Shown in pieces: positions 14,948-30,663 of a stretch of 64,000 nt of DNA (position 1 is its first letter; every line of letters begins with the position of its first letter). Source of the DNA: the human T2T-CHM13v2.0 reference genome, Homo sapiens; the NCBI RefSeq assembly GCF_009914755.1, contig NC_060943.1; one strand, given 5' to 3'. The notes beneath the pieces are model-generated. The model saw only the letters and a program-made list of their open reading frames with translations. It did no database searches and was not told the DNA's origin. The translations under genes and the position numbers were made by a program.

Positions 14948-17900
14948 TTGTTTTCTTGGAATCTAGGAAGAGATATATTGGAGCTCATTGAGGCCAACGG
15001 TGAAAAAGGAAATATCTTCACATAAAAACTAGAAGGAAGCTTTCTGGGAAACTGCTTTGTGCTGAGTGCATTAATCTCACAGAGTGAAACCTTTCTTTTT
15101 AATGAGAAGTTTGGCAGCACTCTTTTTGTGCACTCTGAGAAGGGATATTTGGGAGTCCTTTGAGGCCTATAGTGAAAATGGAACGTCTTCAGATAAAAAA
15201 ACGAAAAGCTTTCTGGGACTGCATTGTGAAGAGTAAGTTCATCACAAAGAGTTAAACATTTCTTCTGATTGTGCAGTTTGGCAACCGTGCTTTTGTAAAA
15301 TCTGAGAAGGGTTATTTGGGAGCACTTTGAGGCCTATGTTGAAAAACATAATATCTTCAGGTATAAAGTAGAAAGACACTTTCTGGGAATCTGTTTCATG
15401 ATGTGTGCATTCTTCTCACACAGGTAAACCTTTCTTTTGATTGAGCAGTTTGGAAACACTGTTGTTGGAGAATCTGAGAAGGGGTATTTTGGAGCACTTT
15501 GAGGCCTATGTTGAAAAACATAATATCTTCAGGTATAAAGTAGAAAGACACTTTCTGGGAATCTGTTTCATGATGTGTGCATTCTTCTCACACAGGTAAA
15601 CCTTTCTTTTGATTGAGCAGTTTGGAAACACTGTTGTTGGAGAATCTGAGAAGGGGTATTTTGGAGCACTTTGAGGCCTATAGTGAAAAACGGAACATCT
15701 TCATATAGAAACTAGAAAGAATCTTTCTGGGAATCTGTTTTGTGAAGTCTGCATTCTTCTCTGAGAATTAAACCTTCCTTTGGATTGAGCAGTTTGGAAG
15801 CCCTGTTTTGGTTGTATCTGTGAAGTGATTCTTGGGAGCACATTCAGGCCGACGGTGAAAAAGGAAATATCTTCAGAGAAAAATGAGACAAAAGTTTGCT
15901 GAGAAACTTCTTTGTGATGTGTGCATTCATCTCACTGAGTTAAACGTTTCTTTTGATTGAGGAGTTTGCAAACACTGTTTTGGTAGAATCTGCTAAGGGA
16001 TATTTGGAAGTGCATTGAGGCCTATGGTGAAAAAGGAAACATCATCAGAGGAAAAGTAGAAAAAAGCTTTCTGAGAAACTCCTTTGTGATGTGTGCATTC
16101 TTCTCACAGAGTTAAACCTTTCTTTTCATTGAGCATTCTGGAACCACTATTTTTTTTAGAATCTAGGAAGTGATATATGACAGTGCATTGAGGCCTATAA
16201 TGAAAAAGGAAATATCTTCAGATAAAAACTAGAAAGAAGCTTCTTGAGAAAATGCTTTGTGCTGAGTGCACTCATCTCACAGAGCTAAAAGTTTTTTCTC
16301 ATTGAGCAGTTTGGCAACACTCTTTTTGTAGGATCTGAGAAGGGATATTTGTGAGCACTTTGAGGCCTATAGTGAACAAGGGAACATCTTCAGATAAAAA
16401 CTAGAAAGAAGATTTCTGGGCAACTGCTTTATGATGCATGCATTCATCTGACAGAGGTAAACCTTTTTTTTGATTGAGCAGTTTGGAAACACTGTTGTTG
16501 GAGAATCTGCCAAGGGATATATGGGAGCTCATTGAGGGTGACGGTGAAAAAGGAAATATCTTCTGATGAAAAGAAGAGAGAAGGTTTCTAAGAAACTGCT
16601 TCATGATGTGTGCATTCACGTCATAGAGTTAAACGTTTCTTTTGATTGAGCAGTCTGGAAATACTGTTTTGGTAGGATCTGCAAAGGGATGTTTGGGAGT
16701 GTGTTGAGGCCTATGGTAAAAAAGGAAACATCTCAGAGAAAAAGTAGAAAGAAGCTGTCTGAGAAACTCCTTTGTGATGTGTGCATACTTCTCACAGAGT
16801 TAAATCTTGCATTTCATTGAGCAATCTAGAACCTCTGTTTCCTTAGAATCTAGGAAGGGAGCTCCATATCCATATGGGAGCACATTGAGGACAAAGGTTA
16901 AAAAGGAAATATCTTCAGATAAAAGCTAGAAAAAAGCTTTCCGAGAAACTGCTTTGTGCTGAGTGCATTCATCCCACAGAGTTAAACCTTTCTTTTGATA
17001 GAGCAGTTTGGCAACACTTTTTCTGTAGACTCTGAGAAGGGATAATTGGGAGCACTTTGAAGCCTATTGTAAAAAAGGGAACGTCTTCAGATAAACACTA
17101 GAAAGAACCTTTCTGGGAAACTGCTTTGTGATATGTGCATTCTTCTCAGAGAGGAAAACCTTTCTTTTGATTGAGCAGTTTGCAAACCCTATTTTGGTTG
17201 TATCTGCGAAGTGATATTTGGGAGCTCATTCAGTCCTAAGGTGAAAAAGGAAATATCTTCAGAGAAAAGTTAGAAAGAAGCTTTCTGAGAAACTGCTTTG
17301 TGATGTGTGCATTCGTCTCACAGAGTTAAAAGTTTCTTTTGATTGAGCAGTTTGGAAACACTGTTTTGGTAGAATCTGCGAAGGGGTATTTGGGAGCACC
17401 TTGAGGTCTATGGTAAAAAAGGAAACATCATCAGAGAAAAAGTAGAAAGAAGCTTTTTGAGAAACTTCTTGGTGATGCAGGCATTATTCTCACAGAGTTA
17501 AACCATGCTTTTCATTGATCCGTCTGGAAACACTGTTCTTTTAGAATCTAGGAAAGGATATTTGAGAGTGCATTGAGGCCTATAGTGAAAAAGGAAATAT
17601 CTTCAGTTAAAAACTAGAAAGAAGCTTTCTGGAAAACTGCTTTTTGCTGAGTGCATTCACCTCACAAAATGAAACCTTTCTTTTGAATGAGCAGTTTGGC
17701 GACACTCTTTTTGTAGACTCCAAGAAGGGATATTTGTGAGCACTTTGAAGCCTCTAGTGAAAAAGGGAACATCTTCAGATAAGTAATGGAAAGAAGTTTT
17801 CTGGGAAACTGCTTTGTGAAGAGTAAGTTCATCTCACAGAGTTAAACCTTTATTTTGATTGTGGAGTTTGACAACAGTGCTTTTGTAATATCTGAGAAGG

Positions 17901-20900
17901 CATATTTGGGATCACTTTGAGGCCTATATTGAAAAACTTAGTATCTTCAGGTATAAAGAATAAAGAAGCTTTCTGGGAATCTGCTTCATGATGTGTGCAT
18001 TCTTCTCACACAGTTAAACCTTTTGTTTGATTGAGCAGTTTGGAAACACTGTTGGATAATCTGCCAAGGTCTATGGTGAAAAAGGAAATATCTTCAAATC
18101 AAAACTAAAAAGAAGATTTCTGAGAAACTTCTTTGTGATGTGTGCATTCTTGTCCCAGAGTTAAACTTTTCTTTTCATTCAGCAGTCTGGAAACACTGTC
18201 TTTTTAGAATCTAAGAACGGATATATGAGAGTGCACTGAGGCCTGTAGTGAAAAAGGAAATACCTTTAGATAAAAGCTAGAAAGACACTTTCTGAGAAAC
18301 TGCATGGCACTGAGTGCATTCATCTCACACAGTTAAAACTTTCTTGTGATTGAGTAGTTTGTCAACACAGTTTTTTTAGATGCTGTGAAGGGATATTTGG
18401 AAGTGCTTTGAGGCCTATGGTGAAAAAGGAAATATCTTCAGATGAAAACTAGAAAGAAGCCTTTTCAGAAACCACCTCTGGATGTGTGCATTCATCTCAC
18501 AGAGTTAAAGCATTCTTTTGATTGAGCAGTTTGGAAACACTGTTTTGGTAGGATCTGCAAAGGGATATTTTGGAGCACTTACAGACCTATAGTGAAAAGT
18601 CAAATATCTTCAGATAAAAACTAGAAAGAAGGTTTGTGAGAAACTGCTTTGTGATGAGTAAGTTCATCTCACAGAGGTAAACTTTTCCTTTGATTGTGAA
18701 GTTTGGCAACTGTACTTTGGTAAAATCTGAGATGGGAAACTGGGAGCACTTTGAGGCCAGTGTTGAAAAACAAAATATCTTTATATATAAACTAGAAAGC
18801 TTTCTGGGAATCTGCTTTGTGATATATTCGTTCTTCTCACAGAGTTAAACCTTCCTGTTGATTGATTGAGCAGTTTGGAAACGCTATTGTTGGAGGATCT
18901 GCCAAGGAATATATGGGAGCTCATTGAGGCCTATGGTGAAAAAGGAAATATCTTCAGTTAAAAAATAGGAAGAAGCTTTCTAAGAAACCGCTTTGTGACG
19001 TGTGCATTCACCTCATAGAGTTAAACCATTCTTTTCATTGAGCAGTTTGGAAGTACTTTTTTGGTAGAATCTGTGAAGGGATATTTGGGAGTGCTTTGAG
19101 GCCTATACTAAAAAAAGAAACATTATCAGAGAAAAGTTAGAAAGAAGCTTTCTGAGAAACTTCTTTGTGATGTATGCATTCTTCTCACAGAGTTAAAACT
19201 TTCTTTTCCTTGAGAAGTCTGGAACCACTGTTTTTTTAGAATCAAGGAAGGGATATATGAGAGCTCTTTGTGGCCTATAGTGAAAAAGGAAATATTTTCA
19301 GATAAAAACTAGAAAGAAGTTTTCTGAGAAGCTGCTTTGTGGTGAATGCATTCATCTCACAGAATTAAGCCTTTCTTTTGATTGAGCAGTTTGGCAACAC
19401 TCTTTTTGTAGAATCTGAGAAGGGATATTAGGGAGTGCTATGAGGCTTATAGTGAAAAAAACAACATCTTCAGATAAAAACTAGAAAGAACTTTTCTGGA
19501 CAACTGCTTTATGATGTGTGTATTCAAATCATAGTGTTAAAACTTTCTTTTGATTGAGCAGTTTGCCAATACTCTTTATGTAGAATCTGAGAAAGAATAT
19601 TTTGGGGTGATTTCAGGCCTATAGTGAAAAAGAGAACATCTTCAGATAAAAATTAGAAAGAAGCTTTCTGAGCAACTACTTTCTGATATGACCATTCATC
19701 TCAGAGAGGTAAACCTTTCTTTGATTGAGCAGTTTGGTAACACAGTTTTTGTAGATTCTGTGAAGGGATATTTGGGAGCACTTTGAGGCCTGTGGTGAAA
19801 AGGAAATATCTTCATATGAAAACTAGAAAGAAGCTTTCTCTGAAACTGCCTTCTGATGTGTCCATTCATCTCATAGAGTTAAAACATTCTTTTAATTGAG
19901 CAGTTGGGACACACTGTTCTGGTAGGATCTGCGAAGGAATATTTGGGAGCACATACAGGCTTATAATGAAAAGTTATATGTCTGCAAATAAATACTAGAA
20001 AGAAGCTTTGTGAGATAATGCTTTGTAATGAGTAAGTTCTTCTCACACAGTTAAATCTTTCTTTTGATAGTGCAGTATGGCAACATGGCTTTTGTAAAAT
20101 CTCAGAAAGGATATTTTGGAGTGCTTTGAGGCTTGTGTTGAAAAACAAAATTATCTTCAGGTACAAACTAGGAAGAAGCTTTCTGGTAATCTGCTTTGTG
20201 ATGTGTGCATTCTTCTCAAAGAGTTAAACTTATCCTTTAGTTGAGCACTTTGGAAATACTGTTGTTGGAAAATTTGCCAAGGGATATATGGGAGCTCATT
20301 GAGGCCTATGTTGAAAATGGAAGTATCTTCAGACAAAAACCAGAAGGAAGCTTTCTAAGAAACTGTTTTGTGATGTATGCATTCAGCTTACAGAGTTAAA
20401 CCATTCTTTTCATTGAGCAGTTTGAAAACACTGTTTTCGTAGAATCTGCAATGGGATATTTGAGAGTTCCTTGAGGCTTATGTTAAAAAAAGGAAAGATT
20501 ATCAAAAAAAAAAAAGTAGAAAGAAGCTTTCTGAGAAACTCCTTCATGATGTGTGCATACTTCTCACAGAGTTAAACCTTTCATTTCATTGAACAGTCTG
20601 GAACCTCTGTTTCTTTAGCATCTAGGATGGGATATATACAAGTACTTCGAGGTCAATGGTGAAAAAGGAAATATCTTCAAATAAAAACTAGAAAGAAGCT
20701 TTCTGACAAACTACTTTGTGCTGATTACATTCATCTCTCAGTGTTAAACCTTTCTTTTGATTGTGCAGTTTGGCAACAGCTCTGTTGTAAAATCAGAGAA
20801 GGGATATTTGGGAGTGCTTTGAGGCCAATGTTGAAAAACAAAATATCTTCAGATATAAACTAGAAAGAAGCTTTCTGGGAATATGCTTTGTGATTGTGCA

Positions 20901-23900
20901 TTCTTCTCACAGAGTTAAACCGTTCTTTTAATTGAGCAGTTTGGAAATGCTGTTGTTGGAGAATCTGCCTAGGGATGTATGGGAGCTCATTGAGGCTCCT
21001 GGTGAAAAAGGAAATAACTTCAGATAAAAACTAGAAAGAAGTTTTCTAAGAAACAGCCTTGTGATGTGTGCATTCACCTTACAGAGTTAAACCATTCTTT
21101 TCATTGAGCAGTTTAGAAACAATGTTTTAGTGGAATCTGCAAAGGGATATTTTGGAGCGCCTTGAGGTGTATGGTAAAAAAGGAAACAACATCTGAGAAA
21201 AAGCAGAAAGAAACTTTCTGAGAAACTCCCTTGTGATGTGTGCATGTTTCTCACAGAGTTAAACATTTCATTTCATTGAGCAGTCTGGAAACTCTGCTTT
21301 TTCAGAGACTAGCAAGGGATATATGGTAGCACATTGAGGTCAATGGTGAAAAAGGAAATATCTTCAGATAAAAACTAGAAAGAAGCATTCTGAGGGACTG
21401 CTTTGTTCTGAGTGCATTCATCTCATAGAGTGAAACCTTTCTTTGATTGATCAGTTTGGCCACCCTCTTTTTGTACATCTTGAGAAGGGATATTTGGGAG
21501 CACTTTGAGACCTTTAGTGAAAAAGGGAATGTCTCCAGATAAACACTAGAAAGAAACTTTCTGGGAAACTGCTTTGTGATGTATGCATTCTTTTCACAGA
21601 GGTAAACCTTTCTTTTGATTGAGCAATTTGCAAACCCTGTTTTGGTTGTATCTGTGAAGTGATATTTGGGAGTACATTCAGGCCTATGGTGAAAAAGGAA
21701 TTACCTTCAGAGAAAAACAAGAAAAAAGCTTTCTGAGATACTGCTTTGTGATGTGTGCATTCATCTCAGAGGTAAACGTTTCTTTTGATTGAGCAGTTTG
21801 GAAACATAGTTTTTGTAGAATCTGTGAAGGGGTACTTGGGAGTGCCTTGAGGCCTATGGTGAAAAAGGAAACATCATGAGAGAAAAAGTAGAAAGGAGCA
21901 TTCTCAGAAACTTCTTTGAGATGTGTGCATCCTTCTCACAGAGTTAAAGTTTTCTTTTCATTGAGCAGTCTGAAAACACTTTTTTTTTAGAATCTAGGAA
22001 GGGATATATGAGAGCTCAATGAGGCCTGTAGTCAAACAGGAAATATCTTCAGAAATAAAACTAGAAAGAAGCTTTCTGAGTAACTGCTTTGTGATGAGTG
22101 CATTCATCTCACAGAGTTAAAATTTCCTTTGATTGAGTAATTTGGCAACATTCTTTTTGTAGAATGTGAGAAGGGATATTTGGGAGTGCTTTGTGGCCTA
22201 TAGTGAAAAAGGGAACGTCTTCAGATAAATAGTAGAAAGAAGCTTTCTGGGCAACTGCTTTATGACGTGAGCATTCCTCTCACAGTGTTAAACGTTTCTT
22301 TTGATTGAGCAGTTAACCCATACTCTGTGTGTAGAATCTGAGAAGGGTTATTTGGGAGTTATTTGAGGCCTATAGTGAAAAAGGGAACATCTTCAGATAA
22401 AAAGTAGAAAGGAGCTTTCTGGACAACTGCTTTCTGATGTGTGCATTCATCCCACAGAGTTAAACCTTTCTTTTGATTTAGCAGTTTGCACACTCGGTTT
22501 TTTTTAGATTATGTGAAGGGATATTTGGGAGTGCTGTGAGGTCTATGGTGAGAAAGGAAATATCTTCAGATGAAAACTAGAAAGAAGCCTTCTCATACAC
22601 AGCCTTCTGATATGTACCTTCATCTCACAGAGTTAAAGCATTCTTTTGATTAAGCTATTTGGAAAAACTGTTTTGTTAGGATCTGTGAAGGGATATTTGG
22701 GAGCACTTACAGGCCTATTGTGAAAAAGTTAAATATCTTCAGATAAAAACTAGTAAGAAGCTTTGTGAGAAACTGATTTGTAATGAGCAAGTTCATCTCA
22801 CAGAATTAAACGTTTCTTGTGATTTTGCAATTTGTCCAGAGTGATTTTGTAAAATCTGAGAAGGGATATTTGGGAGCGCTTTGCTGTCTATGTGGAAAAA
22901 CAAAATATCTTCAGATATAAATTAGAAAGAAGCTTCCCAGAATCTGCTGTGTGATGTGGGCATTCTTCTCACAGAGTTTAACTGTTCTTTCAATTGAGCA
23001 GTTTGGAAACATTGTTGTTGGGAAATCTGCCAATGGATATATGGGAGCTCATTGAGGCCTATGATGAAAAAGGAAATATCTTCAGATAAAAACTAGAAAG
23101 AAGCTTCATAAGAAACTGCTTTGTGATGTGTGCATTCACCTCACAGAGTTAAGCCATTATTTTCATGGAGCAGTTTGGAAACATCGTTTTGGTAGAATCT
23201 GTGAAGGGATATTTGGGAATGCCTTGAGGCCTATGGTAAAAAAGCAAACATCATCAGAGAAAAGGTCGAAAGAGTCTTTCTGAGAAACTCCTTTGTGAAG
23301 TGTGCATATTTCTCACAGACTTAAACCTTTCATTTCATTGAGCAGCCTGGAACCTCTGTTTTTGCAGAATCAAGGAAGGTATATATGAGAGCACATTGAG
23401 GCCAATGGTGAAAAGGAAATATCTTCAGATAAAAACTACAAAGAAGGTTTCTGAGAAAGTGCTTTGTGCTCAGTGCATTCATCTCACAGAGTTAAACCTT
23501 TCTTTTGATTTAGCAGTTTGGAAACACTCTTTTTGTAGATTCTGTGAAGGGATATTTGGGAGCACTTTGAGGCCTATGGTGAAAAAGGAAATATCTTCAG
23601 ATGAAAACTAGAAAGAAGCATTCCTGTAAACCACCTTCTGATGTGTGCATTCATCTCACAGAGTTAAAGTATTCTTTTGATTGAGCTATTTTGAAACACT
23701 GTTTTGGTAGGATCTGAGAAATGTTATTTGGGAGTGCTTACAGGCCTATTGTGAAAAGTTAAATATCTTCACATAAAAACTAGAAAGAAGCTTTGTGAGA
23801 AACTACTTTGTGATGAGCAAGTTCATCTCACAGAGCTAAACCTTTCTTGTGATTGTGCACTTTGGCAACCTTGCTTTAGTAAAATCTGAGAAGGAATATT

Positions 23901-25440
23901 TGGGAGTGCTTTGAGGTCTATGTTGAAAAACAAAATACCTTCAGTTATAAACTAGAATGAAGCTTTTTCGAAATCTGCTTTGTGATGTATGCATTCTTAT
24001 CACAGAGGTAAACCATTATTTTAATTGAGCAGTTTGGAAACACTGTTGTTGTAGAATCTGCCAACGGATGTATGGGAGCTCATTGAGGCCTAAGGTAAAA
24101 AAGGAAATATGGTTAGATAAAAACTAGAAAGAAGCTTTCTAAGAAACCACTTTGGGATGTGTGCATTCACCTCACAGAACTAAACCATTAATTTCATTGA
24201 GCACTTTGGAAACACTGTTTTTGTAGAATCTGTCAACAGATATTTGGGAGTGCACTGATGCCTATGGTGAAAAAGGGAATATCTTCAGATTAATACTAGA
24301 AACAAGCTTTCTCAGAAACTGCTTCATGAAGTGTGCCTTCTTCTCACAGAGTTAAACTGTTCTTTTGATTGAGCAGTTTGGAAGCACTGTTTTTGTAGAA
24401 TCTGTGAAGGGGTATACAGGAACACATTGAGGCCTATGGTGAAAAAGGAAATGTCTTCAGAGAAAAACTAGAAAGAAGGTTTCTGAGAACCAGCTTTGTG
24501 ATTTGTGCATTCATCTCACAGAGTTCAACGTTTCATTTCATTCAGCAGTCTGGAAGCATACTTTTGGTAGAATCTGCTAAGGTACATAAGGAGTGCTTTG
24601 AGGCCTATGGTGAAAAAGGAAATATCGTCAAAGAAAAAGTAGAGAGAGGCTTTCTGAGAAACTCCTTTGTGATGTGCCCATTCATCTCACAGAGGTAAAC
24701 TTTTATTTTGATTGATCAGTCTGGATACACTGTTTTTGTAGAATCTAGGAAAGGATTTATGGGAGTACATTGGGGCCTATGGTGAAAAAGACAATATCTT
24801 CAGATAAAAACTAGAAAGAAGCTTTCTCCAAAACTGCTTTGTGACGTGGGCATTCTTCTCACTGAGTTAAGCATTTCCTTTGATTGAACAGTCTGGAAAC
24901 ACTGTTTTTCTAAAATCTATGAAGTGATATGTGGGAGCAATTTGAGGCCTATTGTGAAAAAAGAAATATCCTCAGAGAAAAACTAGAAAGAAGACTTCTG
25001 AGAAACTGCTTTGTGATGGGTGCATTAATCTCAAGGAGTTAAACCTTTCTTTTGATTGAGCAGTCTGGCAAAAGTATTTTTGTAGAATCCGAGAAGGGAT
25101 ATTTAGGAGTGCTTTGAGACCTATGGTGAAAAAGGAAGTATCTTCAGATAAAAACCAGAAAGAAGCTTTCTGTGTAACTGCTTTGTGATGTGTGCATTCA
25201 TCTCACAGAGTTAAGCCTTTCTTTTTATTGAGCAGTTTGGCAACATAGTTTTTGTTGAATCATGAAGGGACATTTGGGAGCACATTGAGGTCTTTGGTGA
25301 AAACCGAAATACCTTCATATAAACAGGAGAAAGAAGCTTTCTCAGATGCCGGTTTGTGATGTGTGCAATCTTCTCACTGAGTTAAACCTTTCCTTTGATT
25401 GAGCAGTTTGGAAACACTGTTTCTGTAGAATCTGTGAAGG
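14943..25440 (+). repeat. Alpha satellite, class A (relic HOR structure to ~24.2 kb)
   Basis: 172-bp class A consensus. The right boundary is approximate. Confidence 0.96.
15319..15681 (+). repeat. Perfect tandem duplication of one 172-bp monomer
   Basis: 15319-15509 is identical to 15491-15681 on base-by-base reading. Confidence 0.9.
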
Positions 25441-26713
25441 GACACTTGGGAGCACATAGAGGCCTATGGTGAATAACAAAATAACCCCAGATAAAAACTA
25501 GAAATAAGGTATCTGTAGAACTGCATTGTGATGTGTGGATTCACCTCACACAGTTAAACATTTCTTTTGATTTGGCATGTTAAAAACACTCTTTTCTAAG
25601 ATCTGTGAAGGGAAGTCTTGGAGCCCATTGAAGTAAACGATGTGGAGTAAACGAATATTCCCTGATAAAAACTGAAAAGAAGCTATCCGTGAAACTACTT
25701 TGAGATGTATGGATTCTTCTCACAGTTTTAAAATTTCTTTTGATGCAGTTGGTTGGAAACACTTTTTTGGTAGAATCTGCAAAGGGACATTTGCAAATCC
25801 ATGGAGGACAATGGTGAAAAACAGAATATCCCAACATAAAAACTAGAAACTGTTAATGAAACTGCTTGGTGATGAGTGGATTCACCTCACAGAGGTTAAC
25901 CTTTCTTTTGATTCAGCAGGTTGGAAACACTCTTTCTGTAGAACCTGCAAAGGGACATTTGGGAGTCCACTGAGGTCTACTTTGAAAAACTGAATATCGC
26001 CAGATAAAACTAGAAATAGGTTATCTGTGAAACTGTTTGTGATGTGTGGAATCATCTCCCAAAGTTAAACATTTCTTTTGATTCAGCAGCTTGGAAACAC
26101 TCTATTTGTAGAAGCTGCGAAGGGACATTTGAGAGCCCGCTGAGGCCTATGGTAAATAATTGAATATCCTGAGGTAAAAACTAGAAAGATGCTATCTGTG
26201 AAACTGCTTTGTGATACGCAGACTCATCTCAAAAAGTTAAACCTTTCTTCTGATTCATCAGGTTACAAACACTTTTTTTGTAAATTCAGTGAAGGGATAT
26301 TTAGAAATCCTTTGAGGTCTGCAGTAATAAACCAAGTAATTCCAGAAAAAAACAAGAGAGAAGCTGTCTGTAAAACTGCGTTTGTGATGTGTGTATTCAT
26401 CTCACAGAGTTACTCCTTTCTTTTTATACTGTAGCATTGAAATAGTCTTTAGATAGAATCTGCGAATGGACATTTTGGAGCCCTTAGAGGCCTATGATGA
26501 AAACCCAAATATATCCAGATAAAAACTTCAAAGAAGCTATCTGTGAAACTTCGTTGTGATGTGAGGATTCATTTCACAGAGCTAATCCTTTCTTTTTATT
26601 CAGTAGGTTGTAAACATTATTTTGGTAGAATCTGTGAAGGGACACTTGGGAGCCCATGCTGAGAAATGGAATATCCTCAGATAAAAACCAGAAAAAAATC
26701 TACTTGAAAATGC

Positions 26714-26716
<3 letters not shown>
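25441..26716 (+). repeat. Alpha satellite, class B
   Basis: The consensus shifts to GTGTGGATTC, GATTCAGCAGGTTGG, GGGACATTTGGGAGCCC, AAAACYGAATATCCCCAG and AAGCTATCTGTGAAAC. Confidence 0.93.
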
Positions 26717-29510
<2,794 letters not shown>

Positions 29511-29512
<2 letters not shown>

Positions 29513-30418
29513 TAAAAACCGAAGAAGAAAACCTAGGCATTACCATTCAGGATGTAGCCATGAGTAAGGACTTCATGTCTAAAACACCAAAAGCAGTGTC
29601 AACAAAAGCCAAAATTGACAAATGGGATCTAATTAAAAATAAAGAGCTTCTGCACAGCCAAAGAAACTACCATGAGAGTGAACAGGCAACCTACAGAATG
29701 GGAGAAAATTTTTGCAATCTACTCATCTGACAAAGTACTAATATCCAGAATCTACAATGAACTGAAACAAATTTACTAGAAAAATCAAACAACCCCACCA
29801 AAAAGTGGGCGAAAGGTATAAACAGACCCTTCTCAAAAGAAGATGTTAAAGCAGCCAAGAGACACATGAAAAAATGCTCATCATCCCTGGCCATCAGAGA
29901 AATACAAATCTAAACCACTATGACGTACCACCTCACACCAGTCAGAATGGCAATCATTAAAATGTCAGGACACAACAGGTGCTGGAGAGGATGTGGAGAA
30001 ATAGGAAAACTTTTACACTGTTTTTGGGACTGTAAACTAGTTCAACCATTGTGGAAGTCAGTGTGGCAATTCCTCAGGGATCTAGAACTAGAAATACCAT
30101 TTGACCCAGCCATCCCATTACTGGGTATATATCCAAAGGATTAAAAATCACACAGCTATAATGAAACATACACAGGTATGTTTATTGTGCATTATTCACG
30201 ATAGGAAAGACTTGGAACCAACCCAAAAGTCTAACAATGGTAGACTGGATTAAGAAAATGTGTCACATATACACCATGGAATAGTATACAGCCATAAAAA
30301 TGGTGAGTTTATGTCCTTTGTAGGGACATAGATGAAGCTGGAAACCATCATTCTCAGCAAACTATCACAAGGACAAAAAACCAAGCACTGCATGTTCTCA
30401 CTCATAAGTGAGAATTGA
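29511..30418 (+). pseudogene. ORF2: L1 ORF2p C-terminal part (sense arm of L1 #3), disrupted
   Basis: ORF 29920-30144 [12 protein letters not shown]...[10 protein letters not shown]...[17 protein letters not shown], with premature stops. Confidence 0.93.
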
Positions 30419-30663
30419 ACAATGAGAACACATGGACAAAGGAAGGGGAACATCACACACCAGGGTTTGTTGTGGGGTTGGGGGAGGGTGGTGGGATAGC
30501 ATTAGTAGATTTACCTAATGTTAAATAACAAGTAAATTAGTGCAGCACACCAACATGGCACATGTATACATATGTAGCTGGCACCTTGTGCACATGTACC
30601 CTGAAACTTAAAGCATAATAAAAGAAAAGCAATTTGAGTAACTAAAATTCTGAAAAATTAAAA

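Noticed and set aside
30471-30497. G-rich potential G-quadruplex
   Set aside because: It is the standard polypurine tract of the L1 3'UTR, also present in L1 #1 and #2.
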